This document shows positions 51,267 through 62,274 of a stretch of DNA of 64,000 nt, in pieces. The notes under the pieces are model-generated. The model did no database searches. It was not told where the DNA came from and was given only the letters and a program-made list of their open reading frames with translations. A program made the position numbers and the translations under genes. Source of the stretch: Ascidiella aspersa (Eukaryota). Numbering within the stretch: position 1 is the first letter of the stretch; every line of letters begins with the position of its first letter. The stretch covers positions 12,710,001 to 12,774,000 of the forward strand of contig OZ004610.1 of the NCBI GenBank assembly GCA_963924565.1. The letters are read 5' to 3'.

Positions 51267-52345
51267 AAGACAGTCAGTTTGTTAACTTTTTTGTATCGAA
51301 AATAAAACCGAATAGAGATTTATTTAAGAAATTAGCCTCTTATCAGCCCAGAATTATGTAAGGCCAATTTATGTAAACTTACAAATGTTTAAATGTTGTT
51401 TTGGTTCCTACATCATTGGTGGTCCAAGGTTGACAGCGTGGCGGGCCATAATATTTCTTGCATATACAGTACTTTGCGGGCAACCTAAAGTAGGCTACCG
51501 TACATGCGTATCAGGAGCGGGTCAATAATTTTCGTTTTGTCTGGGCATGAAATGTTTATAGATGACTCCACACAGTAACATCGAAAGACATAAGTTCCAG
51601 AAACTTGCGGCTATCGATCTTATGCGCTAATGAAATCGAGTGATAATGAGATTGGGAAAAATTTAGCGCTCAAAGCGCGAAAAATTGTGTATTTGACAAA
51701 ACTTTTAATTAAGAAGAAGACTGCATTTTATAATCGTAGGATGTTCGCGGGCAAGAAATCGTGCGTTTATTTTGTTACCGTACAATTTTAGGAGATATGT
51801 TGCACACTTCACAATCGCTAAGTTATCGTTTCGCGCAAAAAAGTTTGACCTAAATCAATTTGGCTGAAATTGCATCTTGAAAAGGGTCAGCGCGTTACCT
51901 GTGAAACAATACTTTCCAGAAACGTGATATATTTTATCGTTCATTCACTTTAATTCGTCTCAAATAATCGGAATATATTTTATTTCTATTTTAAATTGCA
52001 GATTAGCTCGAGAATTCGGCTAGCAACAAAAGGCCTCTATAAGTTGGATGATTTGTGACGTCACGCTATAACGTATTTTGTGACGTCATACTTAAATAAC
52101 CAAGAATGCTGGGTCTGATGACTGTTTTGAGGGGCGTCCCGATTTTTAGCCTAAAAAATATGGCAACCTTACATTTGAGCAGCCACTGTACTATGTAATA
52201 CTGCTCTTTAAGTATTCCTTACCGAAAAAATACCGACATGAGTTCAAACATTCCAGGGAGCTTATTTTTCGAGGACGTTTAATATGCAAAAAGCGTATAT
52301 CGTACTTTTATCTATATCGATTTTAAAGTTTCTTTGCGGCGGCTG

Positions 52346-54375
52346 TCAATGTCGAACGACGTTCCTCTCGCGACTGTTGGTGGCGTGAAAATAACGCGAG
52401 CTGGTCCCGAAGGTGTCGCCAAAGCGGAACTTGTGCCCGGGCAGGTAGCCGGTGTAATGGGGGAGGAGACCACCATTTACGTAAATGCGCTGCTTCTCAC
52501 TTCCCGGCGCACGCCGAATTGAAGCGCTCGTACTGGGATTTAGTACAGGTTGGTTGTCGAGCAACTTTAGGTGCTGCTGGCGCTTCGTGAAGTCCACCAA
52601 TGCCTCGCGAGTCAGGTTGGGATAGTCCATTGCAAACCTGTCCATATAATATTTTTTTTTTATATATTGATAAGATTTTACAACTGGCGCGATTTCTCGG
52701 CCGTTCGACAAGAAAGTAACTTTCTCTCGGTGGGATAAACGGACTTCGTCTCAACTAAAAACTAACAAAAACGTAACGAATAGCAAGCAAATTGTTTAAC
52801 GTGCAAAAATTTGGATAAGTAAAGCAATATTATTACAAAATAATTAAAAAGGAAAGTTAATTTCAACCCAAATTATTTTGACACAATAACTCAAGTAGCT
52901 ACAAGATAGCCAATTCTTGTCATAAAACACGTAAGTCAAGTCATGTTTACCAAAAATACTTCAGTCAAGTTATTTAAAAACAGTGACTTAAGTCAAGGCA
53001 TTTTTAATGACTTGGTATTAAGTAATTACAACAATGGTGTGCGCTTTCCTGGTCTTATAGGACTAACAGAACAATTTTGACGGCAAAAAAACGATTTCAA
53101 TAAATTAAAAGCGAATTAAAAAAAACAGGAGGGACCTGCTAAGCTAGTAGGTCTCAACCATCCTGAATGCGTAACCCTGACTTCGAAAATATATATAAAA
53201 AAAGCTTCTCGCGTACTAATAACGTTCGTGTTACGTGTAGCACAAGTTATAAACCGCTGTACTGATCAATTAATTTTGTGACATCACAATTCTTGTTTGT
53301 TTCAATGCCCTTTAGATTTAGAACTTAAATTCACGCAGACGTTTTTTATTGTTAGCAATCACCTATTATGGGAGTTACAGTCACCAAACCGGAAAATAAG
53401 AAGTAGTTTAAACTTTGGTGCATCTTACTTTCTAAAATTCAGTCGAAATATGAACCCGTTTTCTTTGAAACTTTGTGCTATGCACTGTTTTGCATTACCC
53501 ATTCAAAAAGCACCAAACGCAACGCTAGAAAATTTGGTTACCTATAATAACTATGTCGTATCTGGACTGTTTCAGTAGCAAGAAACCTAAACTTACTAAA
53601 AACGAAACAATGTGTTACTCGTCTGTGGTAAAATTTTGCATTAGTCAACGAGTTTGACCTTAGCAACGGCCGGTAACATAAAAAATAAGGTGCTCGAATA
53701 AAATAAACAAAATGCAATAACATTTGTTGCTGCTTGTGCATCTTGTCTAGTCTAGGCATCAGTAAACTTTATGAAAACGATTAATCGTAAAAGTACATAC
53801 CTTCCTCTAGCTCTGGGGATAAAACCAGTGTACCCAGACATGAAGGTTTTGTCCGGGTCGTGCACGTTCATAAAGTACGGACTGACTGAGTGCTGGGCCT
53901 GGTTGAGGGAGACGTACGGTTTTGGCTCCAACCGAATCGCCCTTTGTGGCGGAGCCGGCGTCAACCGCTTACGCTCTTTGTGAATGTTTTGATCGTTCGC
54001 AAAATCAGTGATTGCGTTTTGACAGTTTTCGGCGTACCTCGTGCCGAAATGGTTCTCCTGCTTAGGAATGTAGCCGGTGTAGCCGGGCACCATTCGGTCG
54101 TTCAGTTTCTTGTCGCCCCAGCTCTGCTTACGTATTCGCTTCCACTCGTTCCTGTCCGGTCCCTTAACTAGGCTGTCATCTTCCTTCGGAAACATGTCCG
54201 CCAACACCAGCCTCCCAGACTTGGCCACAGAAGGATCTGTGAGCAGTCGTGATGTGGTCATGCCATAAGTGTCGCCGAACTGAAAGGGAAACTGCGGGCT
54301 GTAGCCGCAGTAGCCCGGTGGATAGTAGGGCTCATTGCAGAACGTCGTTCTTTTTTGGTGGACCTTTAAAGCCAT
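52346..54375 (-). CDS. FAM166/CIMIP2-family ciliary microtubule inner protein
   Basis: Two exons (54375-53801, 52637-52346) joined in phase (RG R|FAMDYP). Repeated PGYxG(Y/F)xP motifs: PPGYCGYSPQF..FGDTYG, VPGYTGYIPK..FGTRYA, SGYTGFIPR, LPHYTGYLPGHKFRFGDTFG. Confidence 0.85.
52800..53036. mobile_element. Partial third copy of the AAGTC MITE
   Basis: Shares TTTCAACCCAAATTATTT, AAACAGTGACTTAAGT and the right end TTACAACAATG with 20866-21315. Confidence 0.6.
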
Positions 54376-56039
54376 TTTCAGGTTCGCAACGTATGCATCT
54401 AACTTTTTAGAGATTTTCCTTTCTAAATTAATACCTTGCCTGAGACAATTGTAATGTCACAATGACAGGAACAAACTATAATTATCTGATTATATTTTCG
54501 GTATCTGACGTTTGTAACGTGTTACTGCTGTTTTCACTAACAAATCTTCAGGCTAAAATACAAACTTGAGCCAAATTGAACTTTTAATCGCAAAATAGAA
54601 AAAATCATAGGTTGTAATCCTTGATCTAAATTAAAATTTACTTACTACCCAAACCTAAGAGAAATTGTGCAAAAAACACAAAGGGAACTATTAAAAGTAA
54701 ACCCAATACATCTAAAATAAATTAAAACATATTTACTATAAACCATCGACTTACTAATATAAACCACTGAAATAATTGTATAGAAGTCAATGTCTTCAAA
54801 TAATTTGACTCGTTTTATTTTGGGAACTACTTAACTAAACTTATGTGTAAAAAAGACCAAGCGTTTTTTAGTTTGATTGCATTATATTTAATTGCCCAGC
54901 TTATTAACGTATACACCAATTTTCATGTAGGCCTAATGGTGTTTAACGTAAAAAGGAAAATAATAAAATTTTGCTGCGTTACCGTTTAGTGTTGCACTGG
55001 CGATGAAAGGTATTCACAATTTTTTATAGTATGTTCTACGAATCTAGGGTGAAGCAACGTCACGCAAAGCTCTCGCGATACACCAAACAATAGTTCAAGA
55101 ACAAAACAGTTCTATAGGCCAAAAACGTTGAGCAGGCCAGTTATCATGAAGCTTCTATATTAAAGGTTTAGTGTAAACCGCACGGCAATATTTAATTTAT
55201 GATTGTAAACACAGCTAATTGGCATTAGTTTGCATTGAGTGAGTACCAAAACGGGTCATAAGTTTACCCTAGTTCAAGGATGTCGAACCTTTTTATTGTT
55301 TGGGCCACTAACCAGACCCTAATCCATGAAACAGACACAAGGAGGTCATACACAGAGGCGGATCCACGATTTTTGCTTGGTAAGTCACGAAACCTTCTTG
55401 AATGTATTTAGACTTGATTTTATTTGTACACTTGCGCACGAGTTTGATTGAGCAGCAAGCTTCTTAAGGTTGTTTGTATTATACGACATCACGTTATATA
55501 ACGTAATTTGTCTGGTAATCTTTCTTGTTTAACAATTTCACTAAAGGCTTTGATTGATTTACACAACAGCTATATGCGTTGTTAATTATGTACAATTAAA
55601 CAATAGACATATCATATTAGCACGAAGCGACCATTGCAGTTTTGCGAGAATTTGGGTCCACACGTGACACGTCTAGCCTAAATCAGTGGCTCTGTTTGCT
55701 GGCTCTAACGGGAGATATTTTAAGGCATGCACAATGCGCCTCCTAAGGTGGACCACAAGAGGTCCACATGGAGTGTTTTTGAGTAATATAGTTAACACCA
55801 GTAATTCAAGACACACAAAAAGTAAAAAAAATTGGTTCTCCAGTGTATAAAAAATGTAAATTATGTCAGGTCAAATAAAAATTGGTAAACATAAAAAATC
55901 GTTACTTCGAAGGTATGGATGTTAATCAGAAAAAAATATGGCGTGTATAAGATTATAAACGGAAAATACCGTAATAAACCGCTTGAAAGCAAATTCTACA
56001 CGGCGGCATTTCTGCAAACACAATTATCTTTGTCGTTCA

Positions 56040-58290
56040 GTCAGCTTAGAACACCAGCTCACCCACGGCAGCTCGCATTCTCGATTTTACGCCAAGCGGG
56101 GCGTAAACTATTCAGTCGCAACCCAGAGCGGGATTTGGCGCTGATCAGCAGCCTCCGACGTTTACCTGTTCGGCAGCATCAATAACAGGCTCGCGAAACG
56201 CCAACGTAGCAACTTTACTGCGCTCAACTGCCCGCGATCCAGCCCCTTGCTGTCACGGCTGCGTAAGCGTGACCTTGCTTACCCGGCGAATCTTGCCCCC
56301 TCTTTTTCCAAAGGACGGGCGGACCTGGGTTTCGGCAGGCCCCGATAAGCGTCGGCCATTTGCAGGTGAGAAGCCGACGCGATAGGATGGTGGAACGTTC
56401 AGGGCCGCAGTGCGCGTCTCCGCTGCTGATGGGTGAGTGAGTTCGTATCTTTTAGAAAATCGATTCTTGATTTTATAAGATTTTTATACAACAATAGTTT
56501 ACTATTGTGGATTAAATTTGTATATATATCACGGAATGTCGCTGCTGCTTAGTTTTAAACAAGATTTACGTTTATTTGGAACGGACTGTGGTTTGATATT
56601 CGGTGGAAGCCTATGTCGTATTGCATCTGTCTCAGGAAACTCAAGTATATATATATATAAAAAAAAAAATACGTATACTAAAAAAATAGTCGAATGGTTT
56701 AAAAGTTACGAATAACACTTATTTGATTTACAAGACCATATTTAAAAAATTAATGCAGAGAAGGATAAGCCAGCCCTTTTTTATTTTGTAAGGTTTTTTT
56801 ATGTATTTTTTTATGAGAATTATATAGGCCTACAAACAACACAAATTATGCACAAATATTGTTTTAATGCAATTTTGCATTTTTTATGCTGTTTGTTTTT
56901 TATTAGATTAAAAAATGACTGATTTATTGATTCCGTATTATATAATTAAGCGACGTTTTTAACGCAAATTATGTCGTAGATAAGATCAATCAACGAATGA
57001 CAATATGCGATAACCTATAGTAGCGTGTAATTTTACGTTTATAAGCCCATACACTGCAGATGCGGAGAAATTGCGAAATCCGTATAGCTCAGCTACGTCG
57101 GCGTTTCGGTATGTAGGCTGAGGCCGTAGATGCTTAACACGTCTGCGCATTCGAGCGGTGAGGCGTAACGTCTAACAGGTAGGCACTGGCAACAGAGCAC
57201 CAGGCATCTCATCTGAGAAAAAGCCCAAAACAGAAATCTCCTATAATTTGCTGTTTCGAAAGAGGCCGTTTTTCGTACGTATTTGCCGATGTCGGTCTTT
57301 CGGCAACAGCCCAATCCAGTCGAACCCATCCATGCACGGCAGTCGAGTCGTCTGCTCTCAAATCGACTGTCTCCTTTTAAGTATAGGCGATACCTAGTCG
57401 GCTGTGTTGGCAATACTTGGTTGCCAGTCAAGCGTTACCCGGCCAGGTAAGATGGATTGCCTGGAAAGAATCCGACACAGAGCCTTAAAAATGCGTTGAA
57501 CTGGGTGGTTGAAGTCTGTCCAGCACTAACCACAGGGATGCTGTCTTTGTGGACTCGTTTGTGCAAACATCCACTGACATAAAGCAAGACCAAGATTTGT
57601 ACTTTAGAAAGAAAATAATTAAGCTCTTTGATGTAAAATGATCTTTAAAAGGACGAAATCGTACCCTTTTTTTAAAGTACGGTCGATTTTGACATGATGA
57701 AATCGGTTAAAATACCTATAGTTAGTCGTTTCTCGCAATTTGCGTGCTTAGCGATCCCACTTTATTGTGCACGCCAAGCACTCGAACGCCCGGTAATATT
57801 ACACCCTCGTCTTGGCGCCGTTTAGCCCCACCGCCTGAGAAACTATACATAGTTCCGTTTCGCTACGTTCCACTAATTTGCTGCTCGAGTTTTCTGCTAT
57901 CCCATGACTGCGTCCTACCCCCTTGCCTAAGCGTGACTATACAAACTTTTTGGAATGCCAACGCACACCACCCTGGGGACCATTCTGGGTGAATTTGTGT
58001 GGATCGGTTCATTTAGACAACGCCCGATCTGTTCAGTGAACTTACGATAAATCTGTTCCTAAAAACGCAAGTTTTACCCAAAATGCCTGAATTAAAGCTT
58101 TACTGCCTTAAATGTATGTACTGACCCATGTTGAAAGTATCAGATCGGTCAAAGCTTTTGTAACTGCCGAGTATGAAAATCTTCTGATTTGCTTGCCGGA
58201 CAATAGCGTGCTGCTTGGCGCTTGCATTAGTAGTACGTCGTTCTCCGGACGGTTGACTGGAGAACTATCGACATCTTAACGAATTCGGCA
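56040..58290 (+). ncRNA. Candidate highly structured non-coding RNA locus of unknown family (three GC-rich blocks, possibly spliced)
   Basis: GC-rich blocks 56040-56450, 57060-57600, 57740-58290 with no recognisable protein. 16-bp long-range helix 56057-56072/56422-56438 and many hairpins, with G.U pairs on the + strand. Possible intron GTGAGT(56433)..CTGCAG(57059). Confidence 0.5.
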
Positions 58291-58790
58291 AGTTTGATAA
58301 AATGTGAGGTTTACTTATTTTTTGCGATATTAAAGCTTCCTTTTCTGATTTATCAATTACAAATCTTTTTATCTACAAACAAAGATACATCCATTTTGTT
58401 TCCTTTGAGAAACAATATTTAGTCAAAACTGCTGTATGGGTCTTGACATGCATAGTACGTCTAACTAACATCTCCAACAATTATGCATTATCCAAAGATA
58501 TACCAATAATTCGTATATAATGTGCTATTGTCTGAAATCTAAATCCAAACATACACATGGGACAGCTTTTCCAAAAGGCAAACTGCATTCAGCATCTACA
58601 GAATATTCTTAGCAATTAAACTAACCTAAAAGAAAAGTTGGAACAAACATAAATATCCGCCATTTATTTTCGATATAAATAAGGCCAAACAGGACAATAG
58701 CTTAATTAGCCCTGCGTTGAATAGCAGAAACGCACATTTAGCAGATAATATAACATCGGTCGTGTCTCGGTTCTCGCCGGTCTGTGATTT

Positions 58791-61700
58791 TCACCAGTTG
58801 TTGGTTTCCATATCGTACCAGTCGAGGTACTTGGACACCCTGGTATAGACGGCCGGCGTTCCCTTGCCGCATTTCCAGCCCCACGACGTGATACCGGCCA
58901 AATACCAGGTTCCACTTTCGGTCTGGCACTGCAGAGGCCCCCCGCTGTCTCCCTGTTTAGAAAGTACAAGATTAGTTAGGTTAAATCCGGGGTAAATACA
59001 TAAAATAAGGTAAATACATATTGAAGAGCAAATTTTATGAGAAAACATGGTTTTAAATAGTTAAGCCAGTGTTCAGTGCTCTACATAAACCGCTTCAATA
59101 AGAGTAGTTTTTAACCAGTGGTATACGTGCCGGTGCCACTTGTACGCTAAAGGCGAGACGCGAAGGCGTTTCAGGTGGTACGCGAGCAGTTTAAAGGCCT
59201 TATGTATTTTGAAACATTATTTTGTAAATATACTACAAACGTATAATATCGCTCTGTCGTAAGTTATTTATTCCGTTTGACATATTAAATCGACCTAGAA
59301 TACAGCGTTACAGTTTTTTTTTCACTGAAATGAGGATTTTAAACGCTTTAAAAAAAAATTTCGAAAATTTGTTTCAAACCAGGTGGTACTTGGCTAGAAA
59401 GAGGCTAAGAACCATTGAAATAGTATCGCAAACCTTCAGGCTCGATCTAAAGCGACCTTTAAATACCTCAGAACTCGTTCGTTTTTACCTGACAAGTGTC
59501 GCCCCTGGTCGAAGTGCCGCAGATCACCGATTCGGGCATGATCGTTTCGCCAAAAAAGTTCTCGCATCTGGCGGGCGACAGGATTGTGGTGGGAGCTTGC
59601 CTGAGGACGGCTGACATGTCCGTGCCGTCTCCCTCCAATGCGTCGTCTCTGTCCTCTGCAAAGGAAACCATTTAGGAGCAATCTTTCAGGCGATAAGTGA
59701 GGTAAACAAATTGTTTTTTGAACGAAGGGTTCTGAGATGGTACCAAGACCAACAAAAAGTGTATTTATGAAGGTAACAAAGGCTACGGTACAAGGCCGAA
59801 GGTAAAAAACAATGAGTTTGATGATTTTTCCTAATGAACAAAAAGTATTGTACAGTTACCAGCCTTTCATACCCTTTTGGTAAAAGCAATGTGATTTGGA
59901 ATTACTAAATATGAATAAAAATAAGTCAATTTTAAATCAATTTTAAAAACGTTTTAAACATATATGTAAAGTCTTGTAATATATAAGTAATACAAAATCT
60001 GTTTTGCATGATATGTCAGTATCCCGATGAAGGCGTTCTGTATAAGACGTCAAAACGTCGATTGATTATATAATACTGCTGGATGAGCAACACTCGGTTA
60101 TATATTATGCCTGGCAGCATTGGCTTATTTAATACATTTTTACACTGTGATTTCTCTGATTTAAAGTCATATATAGATTGTGATAAACAATAAAGCATGT
60201 CATTTGAACTAAATCATATAAAACCTGAAAGTAATTGCACAATAATCCTTTTTAGAGATAAATAATAAAATAATCCTTTGGAGTGATTATCTTACTTGTT
60301 GCGCCCCAACCGGTGATGTAACAGGTCGTTCCGGTTGGTGGGCCTTCGTTCTGCATGGGCAAGCAGATCGGAATCACTTCATTCGTGAGGGTGGCTGGAA
60401 ACTCCAACTGAACGGTTTTAATGAAAAGTTTTTTTTTAACGCTTACTGGAATGTTAGTTTGTCACGGCAGCGTTTGTCGTTGTTTCGTTTAGATCAGAAA
60501 TTCCTAATTTACCCCTCAGAAAAACTTGGTTGATTTTATTAATTATAATTTCATTAAAATATATACCATATCGTATAATAGTCAAAGTTGTACAGTAAAA
60601 AATGTTCAAATGCACTTCAGGGATAATTACCCACGAATTAGGAACCACTGTTTTAGACCAAGATGGCACGGGTATACGATTTGTACACTTAGCCCAATAA
60701 ATTTGTACATATATTAATTAAAGCTATCATATCAAATTATGAGGGTCACGGAAAAAAAAGGAAAGAAAAATATGCACTGTAGTAAAAATCTTTATTGCAA
60801 AAAAGCAAGACCTCGATCAGTCCGATATCGTAAGCCGTTGACTCAGGGTCGAAAAACGGATGAGCGGAGGCTCGGTACACGGGGATCTCGACTCTGGACG
60901 ACGATTTTTTATAGATGTTGTGCTCTCCCAAAACCACCACCATACCAGAGGTGTCCCTGCGTAAAGGATAAAACAGGCTGTCAGTATAGCTATATGAATG
61001 TGTGACGTGGAAAACATATTTTGCAGTATTAGGTATTCAATGAATATCCTGTTGTTGCCAGGCATTTGGGGTTATTGAATGTATTAAATGGATATAGGTA
61101 TTGAATGGCTGCAAAACAAAAATTAATTCAAGACGTCGTTAGTTCCGCCTGCTGGGTTGAAATCAGCCTACATTATTTTAACTTGAGGGCGACGTTAACT
61201 TACTCGTCTTCTGGAAGGCAGTGAGCGGCGGTCAACACAAAAGACTCGTTGACTAGGGTTCCACCGCACTCATGCTCGCCGTAGTTCAGCAGCTGGACCT
61301 TAAATGCAACAACAATACATTTTTTGATTCTGTTATTGGGCAACCTTTTTTATTGATTGTTTTTTAACATGAGAAATGTGTATCGAGAGTGGATTGTGTT
61401 TGTCCTTATGTCGTTTTCATTCGATTGATGTTAACAGGGTATAGTCGTATGTGGTAATCGTTTACTACTCGCAGTAAATCTATGTTTTCTTTATCGTCAA
61501 ACTTCACAAGAGGTAAAGAAGGTAAGGTGTTTCTTTACCGATAGTTTACATGAAGTAAAAGCTCGACTGTAAAGTGTGTAGGGTATGCGTCAAACCATTC
61601 TTTCGTTTTTAAATGAAGCGTATAATAGCGCACACGTTTCAGTATAGTAAGCATATGGTAATATAGGAGCATCGTACCTGCCACGGCCAGGAATGGGATA

Positions 61701-61793
61701 CCGCTTCATTGCCCCGGATAATCTTCAGTACGCTGGTCAGTTTAGGCTTCTGGGACGGACTTCCGCACAACCTCGATTCCAGTTCTTCAGTGT
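58791..61793 (-). CDS. Trypsin-like serine protease (S1A) zymogen; N-terminal exon(s) uncertain
   Basis: Exons about 61793-61678, 61278-61204, 60956-60812, 60407-60296, 59654-59489, 58952-58791. Activation site CG...LK|IIGG..SWPWQ, CGGTL, TAAHC, YDIGL, PICLP, CYITGWG, DTCQGDSGGP (Asp189-type S1 pocket), [14 protein letters not shown]. Minus-strand AATAAA at about 58663-58668. Confidence 0.93.
59117..59418. mobile_element. hAT-type MITE in a protease intron
   Basis: CAGTGGT ... AAGAACCATTG termini; GGTGGTAC subterminal repeats. Confidence 0.5.
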
Positions 61794-62274
61794 CTGTAAA
61801 AAAGCGACTCTATTGTAGCTTAGCAAAAAATACCAGATTACAAGGATATTTGTTGAAGTCTGAAAAAACTTGCAAACACCAAGATAGGGTTGCTTTGTTT
61901 TTGTATCTTAAGTTTAATTTTGTATTATCACCCCTGTTTTAACACCTAAGCAAACACCTGTCTAAGAACCTACCTAGACCAATCTTATATAGTCTCTTAA
62001 GACATGTTGATTGACCCAAGTGCTCCTAGCGTTCATGTAAACACGTTTGTGAGCACCGCACCCCTTTCATTATTCTTTGTGGTATTTTCACCTATTTTTA
62101 GATGTAAGTACGTTCAGGTTACGCCTTTGAAATAGCCACCCAATGTAATCTTTGAGCTTAAACACGTACCGATGTAACCACATTGGTATTCAATATAGCC
62201 TACCACACGCTCACCACCAGTGGAATGCAATGGTTTCATAAACTTTTATTGTCTAATTTCGTAGCAACTTAAAC

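Noticed and set aside
54434-54448. RFX X-box upstream of the FAM166-like gene (CCTTGCCTGAGACAA)
   Set aside because: Mismatches in both half-sites; plausible for a ciliary gene but not supportable from sequence alone.
56135-56203. Hammerhead-like CTGATCA..stem..GAAA inside the structured locus
   Set aside because: G8 is C, and the flanks TTGGCG/CGCCAA pair with each other, so this is an internal loop rather than a three-way junction with an NUH site.
57071-57150. tRNA suggested by TAGCTCAG..TTCGAG
   Set aside because: No acceptor stem or cloverleaf spacing; the sequence folds better as two independent hairpins.
57093-57431. 112-aa minus-strand ORF
   Set aside because: Non-ATG start, no recognisable motifs or splice context; expected by chance in a GC-rich block.
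57694-57840. Box C (ATGATGA) with a downstream CTGA as a C/D snoRNA
   Set aside because: No terminal stem or recognisable guide sequence; the motifs are short enough to occur by chance.
56040-58290. Assignment of the structured locus as telomerase RNA
   Set aside because: There is no clear CUAACCCU template (only CAACCCA at about 56119 and CTAACC at about 57526) and no convincing U-A.U pseudoknot or H/ACA box by eye. The class is left unassigned.
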